The translations under genes and the position numbers were made by a program. A DNA stretch of 64,000 nucleotides, from positions 46,197-110,196 of the forward strand of contig CAYHBB010000037.1 in NCBI GenBank assembly GCA_964354795.1, given 5' to 3'. Below the pieces are notes generated by a model, which was not told the DNA's origin, ran no database searches, and worked only from the letters and a program-made list of their open reading frames with translations. Each line of letters starts with the position of its first letter. Positions within the stretch are counted from its first letter, which is position 1. Source of the stretch: an uncultured Planctomycetales bacterium. Lineage in GTDB: Bacteria > Omnitrophota > Gorgyraeia > Gygaellales > Profunditerraquicolaceae. Below are positions 19,070 to 29,266 of this stretch, piece by piece.

Positions 19070-20125
19070 TTAACTAAATTTATCGATTACTCCCTTATAC
19101 TCGCTCAATTGCCCTACATCAATCCAAGATTTTTCGGACACCGGAAAAATCCCGATCTTCATGCTGTTATCTTGCGCCTTCCGAATTAGGTCAGGCATAT
19201 CCATATATGTATTTTTGGGAATATACTGCAAAACAGCCGGCTCTAATAGATAAAGGCCGGTATTCACAAGAAAATCATACTGGGGTTTTTCATGGATTGC
19301 CTTTAAAGAACCTCTATTATCGATTTCGCAAACACCGTAAGGAATGATGTATTGCTGCATAGAGCCTACCATTGTCACTGCGTAACCGCCTTTTTTATGA
19401 AAATCATAACAATCACCATAGTCTGTACGGATGATAATGTCACAGTTAGAAACAAAAAAAGAACCATTCATCTTTCCTTCCAATTGCTTCAATGCTCCGG
19501 TAGTGCCGAGTGGCTCATCCTCAAGGATATACTCGATATGATAGGGTAGCTCATGGTCATGAAAATATGCCCTAACCATCTTTTCCTTATACCTCAGAGA
19601 AATATAAAAATTACTCATCCCGAACTTATGAAACTCATCCATAATAACCTTGATAACCGGATCATTACCAAGTGGAATAAGCGGCTTAGGAAGGATTCGA
19701 GTAAAAGGATCTAATCGCGCCCCCTTTCCTCCAGCCATGATAACCACAGGGATGTCCAGAATCCGATTATTGTTGACCTTATCTTTACCATAAAAATTTT
19801 CTACCGTTATAATATCAATTAGCTTGCCATTTTCCAGCACTGGGATTTGCTGAACAATGGTATTAGCAAAAATTTTTTCAACTTCTTCTTGAGAATAATT
19901 ATTCTGCACACTAAAAAACCCCCTGTTAACAATTTTAATTACATTCTCATCGAGTTGAATTCCATTATGTACGGCGCGCCTAAAATCGCCATCCGAAATG
20001 ACACCGATGACATTACCTTCATCGTCAACGCATACACAAAAACCCATGCCCCCTTCATCCATTTGTCTAACTGCATTCCGAATCGAAAAGTGCAATGAAA
20101 TCTTATATTTATCAATTTCCATCAT
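19070..20125 (-). CDS. CBS-pair domain fused to sugar-1-phosphate nucleotidyltransferase (PtmE-like)
   Basis: CBS pair N-terminus (VISDGDFRRAV), then nucleotidyltransferase motif [24 protein letters not shown]. Confidence 0.8.
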   Translation of the reverse strand: MMEIDKYKISLHFSIRNAVRQMDEGGMGFCVCVDDEGNVIGVISDGDFRRAVHNGIQLDENVIKIVNRGFFSVQNNYSQEEVEKIFANTIVQQIPVLENGKLIDIITVENFYGKDKVNNNRILDIPVVIMAGGKGARLDPFTRILPKPLIPLGNDPVIKVIMDEFHKFGMSNFYISLRYKEKMVRAYFHDHELPYHIEYILEDEPLGTTGALKQLEGKMNGSFFVSNCDIIIRTDYGDCYDFHKKGGYAVTMVGSMQQYIIPYGVCEIDNRGSLKAIHEKPQYDFLVNTGLYLLEPAVLQYIPKNTYMDMPDLIRKAQDNSMKIGIFPVSEKSWIDVGQLSEYKGVIDKFS

Positions 20126-20152
20126 TTACTTAACCTTTCTAGTAACTACCCA

Positions 20153-21010
20153 TTAATTATCTTTTTGGCATGTCAATAAAATCCTATTCGAATTTTCTGA
20201 GTCATACGGCTTGCCGTCGTAACCACCATAGAAAAATGGCTCTTTGAATCTGGCTTTTAAAACCATTTTTTCTAATTCAGCTACAGTGTATATCTTTGAG
20301 TAATCTATTTTTTTAGATTCCCCTAACTTATTACGGTGAAGATAGCGACTTTCTATGCACGCTAAACCATCTTGAAAAGAACAATCTATCCTGTATAGGG
20401 AATAAAGGAACTTATTGCTCTCAGGTAATTCTTCCCATTTATAGTAAACCCCTGAATCCTTGCAAAGACGCTTAACGTCTAAAAAACTGGACATCTCCAA
20501 AATAAGCCACCCCTTTATATTTAAAGCCTTGTGGATCCGCTGCAACACTTGGCTAGGCAATCCTGAGTCTACAGAATGAAAAAGATTGAAAGTGCTATCT
20601 AAGATAGTGCATACATCAAATTTCCTGGATTCAAAAGATGCTTTGCGCACATCCATATTGATATTTTCAACCGATTTATATTGCCCATCTCGTTTCCATC
20701 GCTCAGCAAAATCATAACGCGTTTTAGAGATCTCTATCCCCATCCCTCGAGATAAAATGCCCGCATCGTGGAGTGCATAAAGAAAACAACTGCTGCCTGA
20801 ACCAATATCTAAAACAGATACAGGCACTTTGCCCCTAATCTCTTTCCTGAGAAAAGTTACAGCCCCTGAAGCGAAACGCTTGCGTTCCTCCCGATATTTT
20901 TCAATCGCCTCCTTGGATATAAAGGTCGTTAAGTCCTCTACCCCTTTATAAGCTCGTAAATTATGTTCGCAATTATTTAACATATTTTTCCTCAAGATGT
21001 AACAGCTCAT
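20153..21010 (-). CDS. Class I SAM-dependent methyltransferase
   Basis: Motif I VLDIGSGSSCF. Confidence 0.7.
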   Translation of the reverse strand: MSCYILRKNMLNNCEHNLRAYKGVEDLTTFISKEAIEKYREERKRFASGAVTFLRKEIRGKVPVSVLDIGSGSSCFLYALHDAGILSRGMGIEISKTRYDFAERWKRDGQYKSVENINMDVRKASFESRKFDVCTILDSTFNLFHSVDSGLPSQVLQRIHKALNIKGWLILEMSSFLDVKRLCKDSGVYYKWEELPESNKFLYSLYRIDCSFQDGLACIESRYLHRNKLGESKKIDYSKIYTVAELEKMVLKARFKEPFFYGGYDGKPYDSENSNRILLTCQKDN

Positions 21011-22274
21011 TTTTATTATTTAAAACTTTTTTAATTCCCGCGATAAAAACATCTATGTCTTCTTCTGTTAATGGGTAATGACATATTGGTGTTGTAATAA
21101 GCTCCTCAGAGTACATTCTCTCGCAAACAGGGGCTATTCCCTTCGGATAAGATATTACTTTCTTCATATGCGGCCCTCGAAAAGGAAATCCGCTGTCTCC
21201 GTAAGCCAATAATTGCTGATACATTGGCTCCCAATAAATAGGCCTTGTATATCCTGCGAATAGAGGAAGGCCTTCTGCTCTTACCGCTTCCGTAAATTTA
21301 TTTCTATGTATACCGGCTTCTCGTGAATTGAATTTCATTGGATAGACAAAGTATACGTGCTTAGAATAGCTTTTGATTTGCGGAGGGGTAATTATCGGCT
21401 TAAACTGCTGTAACTGTTTGGTTAGATACTCCGCCAAACGGATGCGATGCTGAGTCAGCCTATCTAATTTCTTAAACTGAGCTATTCCTACAGCCGCCTC
21501 TAATTCCGTCATTCTGTAATTATACCCGACTATGCCAGCAATTGTTTTTACAGGGTAATGTTCGACAACAACCTCACCATGATTCCTGATGAGGCTTATT
21601 CTCTTCGCCAATTCATCATCATTAGTAACTACGACCCCCCCTTCCCCCGTTGATATTGTTTTGTTTTGATTAAAACTAAATACTCCAATATCTCCGATAG
21701 TCCCAAGTGGCCTGCCTTTATATGAACACGCGGGCGCTTGCGCGACATCCTCAATAACTCTCAGCCCATTTTCCCCGGCAATCTTCATTATTTCATCCAT
21801 TTCAGCGGGATATCCAAAAAGATGAACTACAATTACTGCCTTGGTTTGCGCAGTTATGGCTTTCCTGAGTTCCTCCGGGTTAATATTGAAAGTGTCTTCG
21901 TCGATATCCACAAATACCGGAATGGCATTATGCATAATAGCGGCAGTTGCTGACGCACACATACTATAGGGCGTTACTAAGATCTCATCTCCGGGATTTA
22001 CATTTATTGCGGCAACAGCAGCGTGCAATCCTGCTGTAGCGGAATTAACGGCCAGCGCATGTTTTACATGATAATAATCCTCGAATAACCCTTCGAGTTG
22101 TTTGACTTTTTCGCCTCCAAAAAATTTCTCTCCAGGTGAAGCGAGAAATCCGGACAGCGCCTTACTGTCTATAACTTCCAAAACTAAGCGTTTTTCTTCA
22201 TCACCAAAATCTTGTTGGGGCGCAAACTCTTTATTCCTGATTTTTTCCCCACCCAATAGAGCTAATTTAGGCAT
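20973..22274 (-). CDS. DegT/DnrJ/EryC1/StrS PLP-dependent sugar aminotransferase
   Basis: LHAAVAAINVNPGDEILVTPYS ... VFSFNQNKTISTGEGGVVVTND. Confidence 0.85.
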   Translation of the reverse strand: MPKLALLGGEKIRNKEFAPQQDFGDEEKRLVLEVIDSKALSGFLASPGEKFFGGEKVKQLEGLFEDYYHVKHALAVNSATAGLHAAVAAINVNPGDEILVTPYSMCASATAAIMHNAIPVFVDIDEDTFNINPEELRKAITAQTKAVIVVHLFGYPAEMDEIMKIAGENGLRVIEDVAQAPACSYKGRPLGTIGDIGVFSFNQNKTISTGEGGVVVTNDDELAKRISLIRNHGEVVVEHYPVKTIAGIVGYNYRMTELEAAVGIAQFKKLDRLTQHRIRLAEYLTKQLQQFKPIITPPQIKSYSKHVYFVYPMKFNSREAGIHRNKFTEAVRAEGLPLFAGYTRPIYWEPMYQQLLAYGDSGFPFRGPHMKKVISYPKGIAPVCERMYSEELITTPICHYPLTEEDIDVFIAGIKKVLNNKNELLHLEEKYVK

Positions 22275-22285
22275 AAAAAATTCTC

Positions 22286-23338
22286 CTATTTTGATTTTAT
22301 TGTCATGTCCCTGTCTTTCAATGGCAAGCTAATCGTCTTATTACCTCCCATTGCCGAAGCGTGAAAGGCACAAATGATTTCCAACGATCTAACGCCATCA
22401 ATCCCAGTACAAGCAGGCATAGCGTTTGAAGACAGGCATTCAACGATATTCTGTGCCGCATTTTTCATTATCGATTTTTGTGTCACCTCGATAGGGCTGT
22501 CCCCCTTAAAGAGCGCTCTATAGCCGGCGCTTTCAGCGCTGTTATGCATCTGCCAATACGCGATCTTAAAACCATTATCCTCGATTCGCAACCTTCCAGA
22601 CGTTCCGTATATATCAAACTCAAATAAACTATAATAACTTGCATCCAAGGATTGGAGCGTAGCGGTCGCTCCATTTTGAAATACAATATAGCCATCCATA
22701 TCCGGATCATCTTTATTGGAATCGCCCTTATACCAAGCACAAACACTTTTAATCTCTCCGAATAACATCCTAAAGACATCAAATGCATGCGAACATGTGT
22801 TAGCTATCCCAGAGGTATAATAACAATTCACCTGTTGGATGCTCCCCATGCGCCCTTCCTTAATAAAATTTCTAATCTTCCTATACAGATCATCCCACCG
22901 GCGGCGATGATTAACAAACAAATGGATCTTATGTTCGTTGGCAATTTCTACCATTCTATCGGCATTGGCTATTGAATTAGAAAGCGGTTTTTCGCAAAAG
23001 ACGACCTTGACATTTCTTTTTGCTGCCTCTTCCAATATTTCTAAGTGTGTCGTATTCCACGTGCAGATACTGAGGATATCGATATTTTCATTCTCTAATA
23101 ATTTTCCGTAATCCTTATACAGCATGTGAACGCCCCAACGTTTACCAAATTTATTCAGCTTCTCATCAGAAATATCAGAAGCGGCGACCAATTCAATATT
23201 TGGATTATCGACATAAGCACCCGCATGAGTTGATATGCCATAGCTTTTCCTCATCAAAGGATCATCATCAAATTCGCTGGCAATCCTACCGCATCCAATA
23301 ATAGCCGCCCTATATTTTCCCAATTGCCCCGCCATCAT
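22286..23338 (-). CDS. Gfo/Idh/MocA family NAD(P)-dependent oxidoreductase (PtmA-like)
   Basis: YRAAIIGCGRIASEFDDD Rossmann; family-typical length. Confidence 0.8.
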   Translation of the reverse strand: MMAGQLGKYRAAIIGCGRIASEFDDDPLMRKSYGISTHAGAYVDNPNIELVAASDISDEKLNKFGKRWGVHMLYKDYGKLLENENIDILSICTWNTTHLEILEEAAKRNVKVVFCEKPLSNSIANADRMVEIANEHKIHLFVNHRRRWDDLYRKIRNFIKEGRMGSIQQVNCYYTSGIANTCSHAFDVFRMLFGEIKSVCAWYKGDSNKDDPDMDGYIVFQNGATATLQSLDASYYSLFEFDIYGTSGRLRIEDNGFKIAYWQMHNSAESAGYRALFKGDSPIEVTQKSIMKNAAQNIVECLSSNAMPACTGIDGVRSLEIICAFHASAMGGNKTISLPLKDRDMTIKSK

Positions 23339-24107
23339 CCCTCCCTGCTACTGCAATGTTACGAACTCTGTTATTTATTCTAAGTAGATCCGGCTGATGC
23401 TCAAATAAACTCAGGATATCGCCATAATCAAAACATGGGTTTTTATCGTACAATTCTTTATATATAATTTCGATCAAATGCAGGTCTTCCTTGTAATCCA
23501 CTACCAATCGTAGATCGGGACGGCGGTATCTGCCTTCCGCTTCAATATTTAAAAGCTTATATCTTTCGGGATGCTCATAAATATATAAAGAAACGTTTTC
23601 CCGATCCGGTGGGTCGGTTGTTAAACTCGCCACTTCTTCTAACGTTTTAGTAGTAAACAGCTTCGCATCCAAACCAAGAGGGAATGTCTTAACTAAATGA
23701 CATCCCACATAATCAACATTATTATCCAAAAAGGTATGTATTTGCATATCAATAATCCCCGGATCAACAACCGGGCAATCTCCGCAGGTTTCAACAATAA
23801 GATCGATTTCATACTTTTGCGCTGCTTTTAATACCCTATCTAACACGTCCTCAGAGCTTCCCTGATAATAGCCTATTCCCATTTCTTTTGCCAAGTCAAC
23901 GACAGGACTATCTTCCGGCTGGTCGGTCGTAGCTAGTACAATTACATCCACTAATTTCACGTTCTTTAATCGTCCTATCATTCTTGCCAACATTGGTTTT
24001 CCATGCAAGAGCTCTAATATTTTTCCCGGAAATCTAGTAGAATTCATCCTTGCTTCGATTGTTATTCCAATTTTTTTTCCTTTATTATGCATTTTCCATA
24101 ACCTCAC
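23310..24107 (-). CDS. Acylneuraminate-type cytidylyltransferase (CMP-nonulosonate synthetase, NeuA/LegF/PseF-like)
   Basis: KIGITIEARMNSTRFPGKIL ... VIVLATTD motif of the CMP-KDO/NeuAc synthetase family. Confidence 0.8.
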   Translation of the reverse strand: MRLWKMHNKGKKIGITIEARMNSTRFPGKILELLHGKPMLARMIGRLKNVKLVDVIVLATTDQPEDSPVVDLAKEMGIGYYQGSSEDVLDRVLKAAQKYEIDLIVETCGDCPVVDPGIIDMQIHTFLDNNVDYVGCHLVKTFPLGLDAKLFTTKTLEEVASLTTDPPDRENVSLYIYEHPERYKLLNIEAEGRYRRPDLRLVVDYKEDLHLIEIIYKELYDKNPCFDYGDILSLFEHQPDLLRINNRVRNIAVAGRDDGGAIGKI

Positions 24108-24124
24108 CAGTAAAAGATTTTCCC

Positions 24125-25189
24125 TTATATATGAATATCGACATCATTCCAAGTTATCACGCAATCCTCAGGAATATCCCGGCCTGCTTTCTTACCTAAA
24201 ATCTTCTCCTTATCTGAAGGCCTTAATCCTGTCCCAGGACGTTTATATGTTAAGTCTTCTTCTTTAATAACCTCTCCTTTAGCAATGTTACGTGTAGTGA
24301 CTAAGCTTCTCCTAAATTTTAATTTTTTTTCTAATTCTTGTTCCGTCAACTCTTTCTCAGATGTCCCCAGTGAATCATATATACGCTTCGATTCTTCACA
24401 AATAATCTTCATTTCCACTGGATTGGCAGAAACTTTATGATCCCAACCCGGCATGTTCTTATCTAAAGTAAAATGCTTTTCAATAACCTTTGCCCCTAAA
24501 GCCACTGCCGCCAAGGAAATAGAATATCCTAAAGTATGATCCGAATAACCAATTTGAAGATCAAATTTATCAATCAATTTCCTCATAAACTGAAGATTAA
24601 CCATTTGATCTTGGGGTGGATACAACGATACGCAATGCAATAAAGTAATATTTTTTCGACAACGTTTAGGAATAATATTATAAAATGCCTCAATTTCAAC
24701 CAATGAAGCTAACCCTGCTGAAACTACCGTTGGGTAGTCTTTCGAAACAATATAATCAAGAAAATCTAAATTATCAATATCCATAGACGCAACTTTTAGA
24801 AAAGATACTTTCTGATCAATCAAAAAATCAACACCGTCCTGCGTAACTACTGTCGACGCATAATCTAAACCTAAGCCTTTTGCAAATCGAAATAACTCAA
24901 TATGCTCATCTTTATATATGGCAAATTTATTCACTTGATCAAAAATGTTATTTAACCCAAGCTCTTTTGTCTTCCATTCCTTTATATTTTCTAATTGAAT
25001 TTTACCGTCATTAAGATCCTGCAGATACTGTTTTGTAAATAAATCTTCTTGTTGCCATAGCTGCAACTTAATAGCCTGACATCCGCAGTCTTTAGCCGCA
25101 AAAATCATCTTTTTTGCAAGCTCAACATCTCCATTATGATTACATCCTATTTCGGCAATAATATAGGGATATCCGTGATTATCCAACAT
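24125..25189 (-). CDS. NeuB-family nonulosonic acid synthase, third paralog, with SAF domain
   Basis: PYIIAEIGCNHNGDVELAKKMIFAAKDCGCQAIKLQLW. Confidence 0.85.
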   Translation of the reverse strand: MLDNHGYPYIIAEIGCNHNGDVELAKKMIFAAKDCGCQAIKLQLWQQEDLFTKQYLQDLNDGKIQLENIKEWKTKELGLNNIFDQVNKFAIYKDEHIELFRFAKGLGLDYASTVVTQDGVDFLIDQKVSFLKVASMDIDNLDFLDYIVSKDYPTVVSAGLASLVEIEAFYNIIPKRCRKNITLLHCVSLYPPQDQMVNLQFMRKLIDKFDLQIGYSDHTLGYSISLAAVALGAKVIEKHFTLDKNMPGWDHKVSANPVEMKIICEESKRIYDSLGTSEKELTEQELEKKLKFRRSLVTTRNIAKGEVIKEEDLTYKRPGTGLRPSDKEKILGKKAGRDIPEDCVITWNDVDIHI

Positions 25190-26054
25190 TATACCTCCTT
25201 ATCCATTGAATTTCTTCTAACCAAAGTGGTGGGCGATTAACTTCCTTTTTGACTAATTCTATATATTGACACCATCCATCCGCTTCTTGCAGTTCTTGCC
25301 TAAGCTGTTCAAGCTGTTGCTTCAATATGTTAAAAGAATCATCTACACTTATCATTTTTGCGAAATGTCTTATTTTAATATCTAATCCATTCTGAAAAGT
25401 AAAAGGCGTTATTTGATCAAGGCTTAATGTATTATAATCATAAAGACGATGATAAGTTTTTGTATCATTTACGAAAACCGCAGAAAAACCCTCTTTCAAC
25501 AAACAAGAAAATAAAAACCAATCTACAGCTATTAAATCATCCCCGAAACGACAACTCTTTAACGCGCTCCCTTTAATTGCCGAATTCCCAAAACCAAAAA
25601 TATTCTTGTTTTTTAGAAAATCAAACCCAACTTCATACCGATGCGGTAACCTCTGCGAAATATACTTTTCTTTTATTAAACAAGAATCCGTATTTACTAA
25701 ATCAAAATCATTTACCACAATATCGTACTTTGTTAGCCAACTTAAACATTTTTCAATTCGGTCCAAGCCATAATAATCATCCGCGTCCCCGAGAATGATA
25801 TCTTCATATTTTTGCCCTGCTAAAAACTGAAATCCTTTCTCGCGATTTTTGACCGGTGTATCTTGAGATTTTATCTCAATGATATTGAGGTGTTGATATC
25901 TTTCTGTAAATTTTCCAAAATTTTCTAGCTTATCATTAACTAAAACTAGATCAAAATCTTTATAGGTTTGATCCTTTAATGATGAAAAAAAATCGTCTAA
26001 ATATTTTTCGACACCGGGAAAAACGACTGAAAAAAAAGCAACTTTATGCGTCAT
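25179..26054 (-). CDS. GT-A fold (family 2-like) glycosyltransferase, putative
   Basis: FSVVFPG ... DLVLVNDK ... GDADDYY (DxD-like). Confidence 0.45.
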   Translation of the reverse strand: MTHKVAFFSVVFPGVEKYLDDFFSSLKDQTYKDFDLVLVNDKLENFGKFTERYQHLNIIEIKSQDTPVKNREKGFQFLAGQKYEDIILGDADDYYGLDRIEKCLSWLTKYDIVVNDFDLVNTDSCLIKEKYISQRLPHRYEVGFDFLKNKNIFGFGNSAIKGSALKSCRFGDDLIAVDWFLFSCLLKEGFSAVFVNDTKTYHRLYDYNTLSLDQITPFTFQNGLDIKIRHFAKMISVDDSFNILKQQLEQLRQELQEADGWCQYIELVKKEVNRPPLWLEEIQWIRRYNVG

Positions 26055-26844
26055 TATCAGCCTTTTTATTCGCGCAAACCATTACCATTTCCTTGGATAT
26101 CCCTAATGACTCAACATCGCTTGAAACTAGTTCTTCGATAGATGGCCGCTTCCCTGTTGCTTGGACAGATTCTTCAAATAGTAATGTTGCTAAGTAATAT
26201 TTTAAAAATTCTTCCTTATTCGGGAAAATTAACTTGATGGGTATTTTTTTCATACTTACTTCCGCAAATTTTTCTTTTAATTGAGGATAAAACTCTGCTT
26301 CAAGACGATCGCTGCGTAAATTTATCCGTTCATCTTTCTTAATGCCAAAAATTTGATTATTAAATTCATAGAGTTCTTCAGCATTATTCCGTGTTGGGCC
26401 AATGAGAGAAACAGAACCAAATGGTTTCAGGAGCCGCTCAAATTCATCAACAATCATTGCTACATTATCAACATAATAAACTGCAAAAGAAGAAATAATA
26501 TGGTCAAAATAAGAATCAATGAACGGCAATGCTTCACTCATGTTCGCTTTAATCAAGGTATAGGGCGTCTGAAATTTTGTTTCTTTCACCTTGGCCAAAA
26601 GTTCTTCAGACTTGTCCAAACCAATAATCATTCCATTTGTGCTCAATTTTTGTGCATAACAAGGGAAAAGATTTCCATTGCCACATCCAATATCTAAAAC
26701 AACGTCTCCTACCTTAAATTGTAGATAACCGTTTAACCAATCCTCCAAATTAAAGTTTGTAAATTTTCTATTTGCCTCAATCCGAATAGATAGCTTTTCT
26801 TGCGTTTCCTGATAAGTTAGCCAATCCATATTTAATTCTCCCAT
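26044..26844 (-). CDS. Class I SAM-dependent methyltransferase
   Basis: Motif I VVLDIGCGNGNLF. Confidence 0.75.
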   Translation of the reverse strand: MGELNMDWLTYQETQEKLSIRIEANRKFTNFNLEDWLNGYLQFKVGDVVLDIGCGNGNLFPCYAQKLSTNGMIIGLDKSEELLAKVKETKFQTPYTLIKANMSEALPFIDSYFDHIISSFAVYYVDNVAMIVDEFERLLKPFGSVSLIGPTRNNAEELYEFNNQIFGIKKDERINLRSDRLEAEFYPQLKEKFAEVSMKKIPIKLIFPNKEEFLKYYLATLLFEESVQATGKRPSIEELVSSDVESLGISKEMVMVCANKKADNDA

Positions 26845-26855
26845 GGCAAATCCTT

Positions 26856-27527
26856 TTACAATATTTCCTGAACAAGCATAAATGCTTCGGCGTATTTTTT
26901 TCCGATACGACTTCCTCTTAATTGCGCTAAAGCTCTTATCGATTCACGACATCGAGGTAATGGAGTCTTCATAATTTCCGATTTATAAACACCCATAATT
27001 TTTAATTTTTTTTCAAAATATAACGATACATCTATAAATACATTAGGAAAGAAAACTGATTCGGGCAATGCCGGAGCGAATTCTGTTTCAGATAAGACTT
27101 CGTACATAAGGATTCGTTCAATAAATGGGTAACGAAAATTTTTTGTACAGCTTAAAGCTGCGTTAAAGGCAATTTGGTGGTCTGTATGAATATCTGAACG
27201 ATTGGGTAGATAGATGATCTGTGGTTTAACCTCGCCAATTACTTTAGAAATAGACGAAATCAGATCTCCAAAAGGAACAAGCTCTAATTGTGCTGTTGGA
27301 TAACCCAAATTAAACGACTTTTCAAATCCATACATTGTCTCAACTTTAGCCATCTCTTTCTGACGACTTAATATCTTCTCTTTCGACCAACCATTTTTTT
27401 GAAAAATATTGGTTATCGTTAGCAAAAAAATTTGATCCTTTTTTGTTTTATGCCTAAGCAATGTTCCTCCGCACCCTAATGTTTCGTCGTCAGGGTGGGG
27501 TGCGACTACTAATATTTTATTGCGCAT
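26856..27527 (-). CDS. PIG-L/LmbE family N-acetyl-sugar deacetylase
   Basis: ILVVAPHPDDETLGCGGTL signature. Confidence 0.8.
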   Translation of the reverse strand: MRNKILVVAPHPDDETLGCGGTLLRHKTKKDQIFLLTITNIFQKNGWSKEKILSRQKEMAKVETMYGFEKSFNLGYPTAQLELVPFGDLISSISKVIGEVKPQIIYLPNRSDIHTDHQIAFNAALSCTKNFRYPFIERILMYEVLSETEFAPALPESVFFPNVFIDVSLYFEKKLKIMGVYKSEIMKTPLPRCRESIRALAQLRGSRIGKKYAEAFMLVQEIL

Positions 27528-27531
27528 AGGT

Positions 27532-28179
27532 TTAACCTTCCTTCTTTACGGGGCGCGCAGGATTTCCAACGTAGACCCCTGCTTTTGTGATAGTCTTCAC
27601 AACAACAGAACCCGCTCCTACGACGACATCATCCGCTATATTAATATTATTAGCAACCACGCTATTGCTTCCAATAAACACCCTGTTTCCTATCTTGCAC
27701 TTTCCATTAATGATACTGCCAGTTGAAATATGACAATGGTCGCCTATTTTTGCATCGTGCTCAATTAATACCGAGGTATTAATGATACAATTCTTACCGA
27801 TATACGCATCGGAATTAACCAACGCCTTGTGCATCACTATAGTTCCTTCGGCAATGCGAGCGCTTCGGGAAACATGCGCCAATGAGGAAATAATCACAGG
27901 TAATTTAGCGTCCAATGCTTTAAGATATTCGAATTTTTCTATCCTTTTACGCGGCTCTTTTATGCTCCCAATCGTAATTAAAAAATATTTATAACTCCTT
28001 ATTAAATTTTGCAAGTCTTTATCAACTGCTGTTATTTTATAGCCTAAAACATCCTGATGTAATCTGTCTTCCGTGTCGATTATTCCAGCTATCTTAAATT
28101 TACCTTCGGCTTCAATAACATCTACGCAGGATTTGCAATGACCGCCGCCACCGATTAAAATTAAGCTCTTCTTAGGCAC
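27532..28179 (-). CDS. NeuD/PglD-family sugar N/O-acetyltransferase (hexapeptide; LegH/PglD-like)
   Basis: N-terminal LILIGGGGHCKSCVDVI (cf. GAGGHAKV), C-terminal left-handed beta-helix repeats. Confidence 0.8.
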   Translation of the reverse strand: MPKKSLILIGGGGHCKSCVDVIEAEGKFKIAGIIDTEDRLHQDVLGYKITAVDKDLQNLIRSYKYFLITIGSIKEPRKRIEKFEYLKALDAKLPVIISSLAHVSRSARIAEGTIVMHKALVNSDAYIGKNCIINTSVLIEHDAKIGDHCHISTGSIINGKCKIGNRVFIGSNSVVANNINIADDVVVGAGSVVVKTITKAGVYVGNPARPVKKEG

Positions 28180-29266
28180 TCAACACCTCTCTAATAATTA
28201 AAGCTGTTTCTTTTATATTGTTTTTCCCATTTACAGTCGAGCTCGGCAGGCAAATCCCTCTATTGTAAATTTCCCATGCATTAGAACAAATCTTCGAGTA
28301 CTTTTTAAAATAAGGCATTTTATTTAATGGCATGAATATTCTCCTCGTTGGAATATTCTTATTTTCTAAGCTTTGAATTAAGTCAGAAATATCAATCTTT
28401 TTGTTTATTTTAATACAGGTAAACCAACAACTCTCTTCAGCGTTGCCATGTTTATCTTGAAAACTGACACAAGGTAAATCGCCTAAAATTTCTTGATATA
28501 TTCCTCTAAAAACCTTTTTCTTAGCAAGGAATTGATCTATTTTCTCAAATTGTGCCAATCCTAAAGCGGCTTCGATATTGGTCATTCTATAATTAAATCC
28601 CATCTCGGAATGAAAACCCGGCCTATCTTTGTCTTTCGCTTGATTGGCTAAATATCTAATATGCTCGGTGCTATCAATATTATTACTAACAACCATGCCC
28701 CCTCCTCCGGTTGTTATTAATTTATTCCCGTTAAAGCTAAAACAACCAAAATCACCGAAAACGCCTGTATATTTACCATTAAACTTTGCGCCTAAACTCT
28801 CAGTAGCATCTTCAATAACATAAAGTTCATTTTCCTTAGCGATATCCATGATCTCCTTCATATGGCATGGATTACCATACAAATGAACAGGGATAATGGC
28901 CTTTGTTTTTTCGGTAATAGCTTCCTTTATTTTTTGAGGGTCTATATTCCATGTCTTCATATCAACGTCAACAATTACAGGAGTCGCGCCAACACAAAGA
29001 ACCGGATTAACCGTAGCTGTGAAAGTTAAAGCCGGCACGATAACTTCATCTCCCAGCCCTATCCCTAATTCGTATAACGACATATAAATTGCCGCTGTGC
29101 CGCTTTGAAGCGCAACCGCCCCTTTAATATTTAAATAATTCGCGACTATTTTTTCAAACTCAGGGATAAAAGGCCCAAAAGTAGAGACAAAACCACGGTT
29201 GATTACTTTATTAAGATATTTTTTTTCTCTCGCTCCTAAACAAGGAGCATCCAACTCTATTTTCAA
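28172..29266 (-). CDS. DegT/DnrJ/EryC1/StrS PLP-dependent aminotransferase (LegC/PseC/PglE-like)
   Basis: VALQSGTAAIYMSL ... FSFNGNKLITTGGGGMVVSN ... NYRMTNIEAALGLAQ. Confidence 0.85.
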   Translation of the reverse strand: MKIELDAPCLGAREKKYLNKVINRGFVSTFGPFIPEFEKIVANYLNIKGAVALQSGTAAIYMSLYELGIGLGDEVIVPALTFTATVNPVLCVGATPVIVDVDMKTWNIDPQKIKEAITEKTKAIIPVHLYGNPCHMKEIMDIAKENELYVIEDATESLGAKFNGKYTGVFGDFGCFSFNGNKLITTGGGGMVVSNNIDSTEHIRYLANQAKDKDRPGFHSEMGFNYRMTNIEAALGLAQFEKIDQFLAKKKVFRGIYQEILGDLPCVSFQDKHGNAEESCWFTCIKINKKIDISDLIQSLENKNIPTRRIFMPLNKMPYFKKYSKICSNAWEIYNRGICLPSSTVNGKNNIKETALIIREVLSA

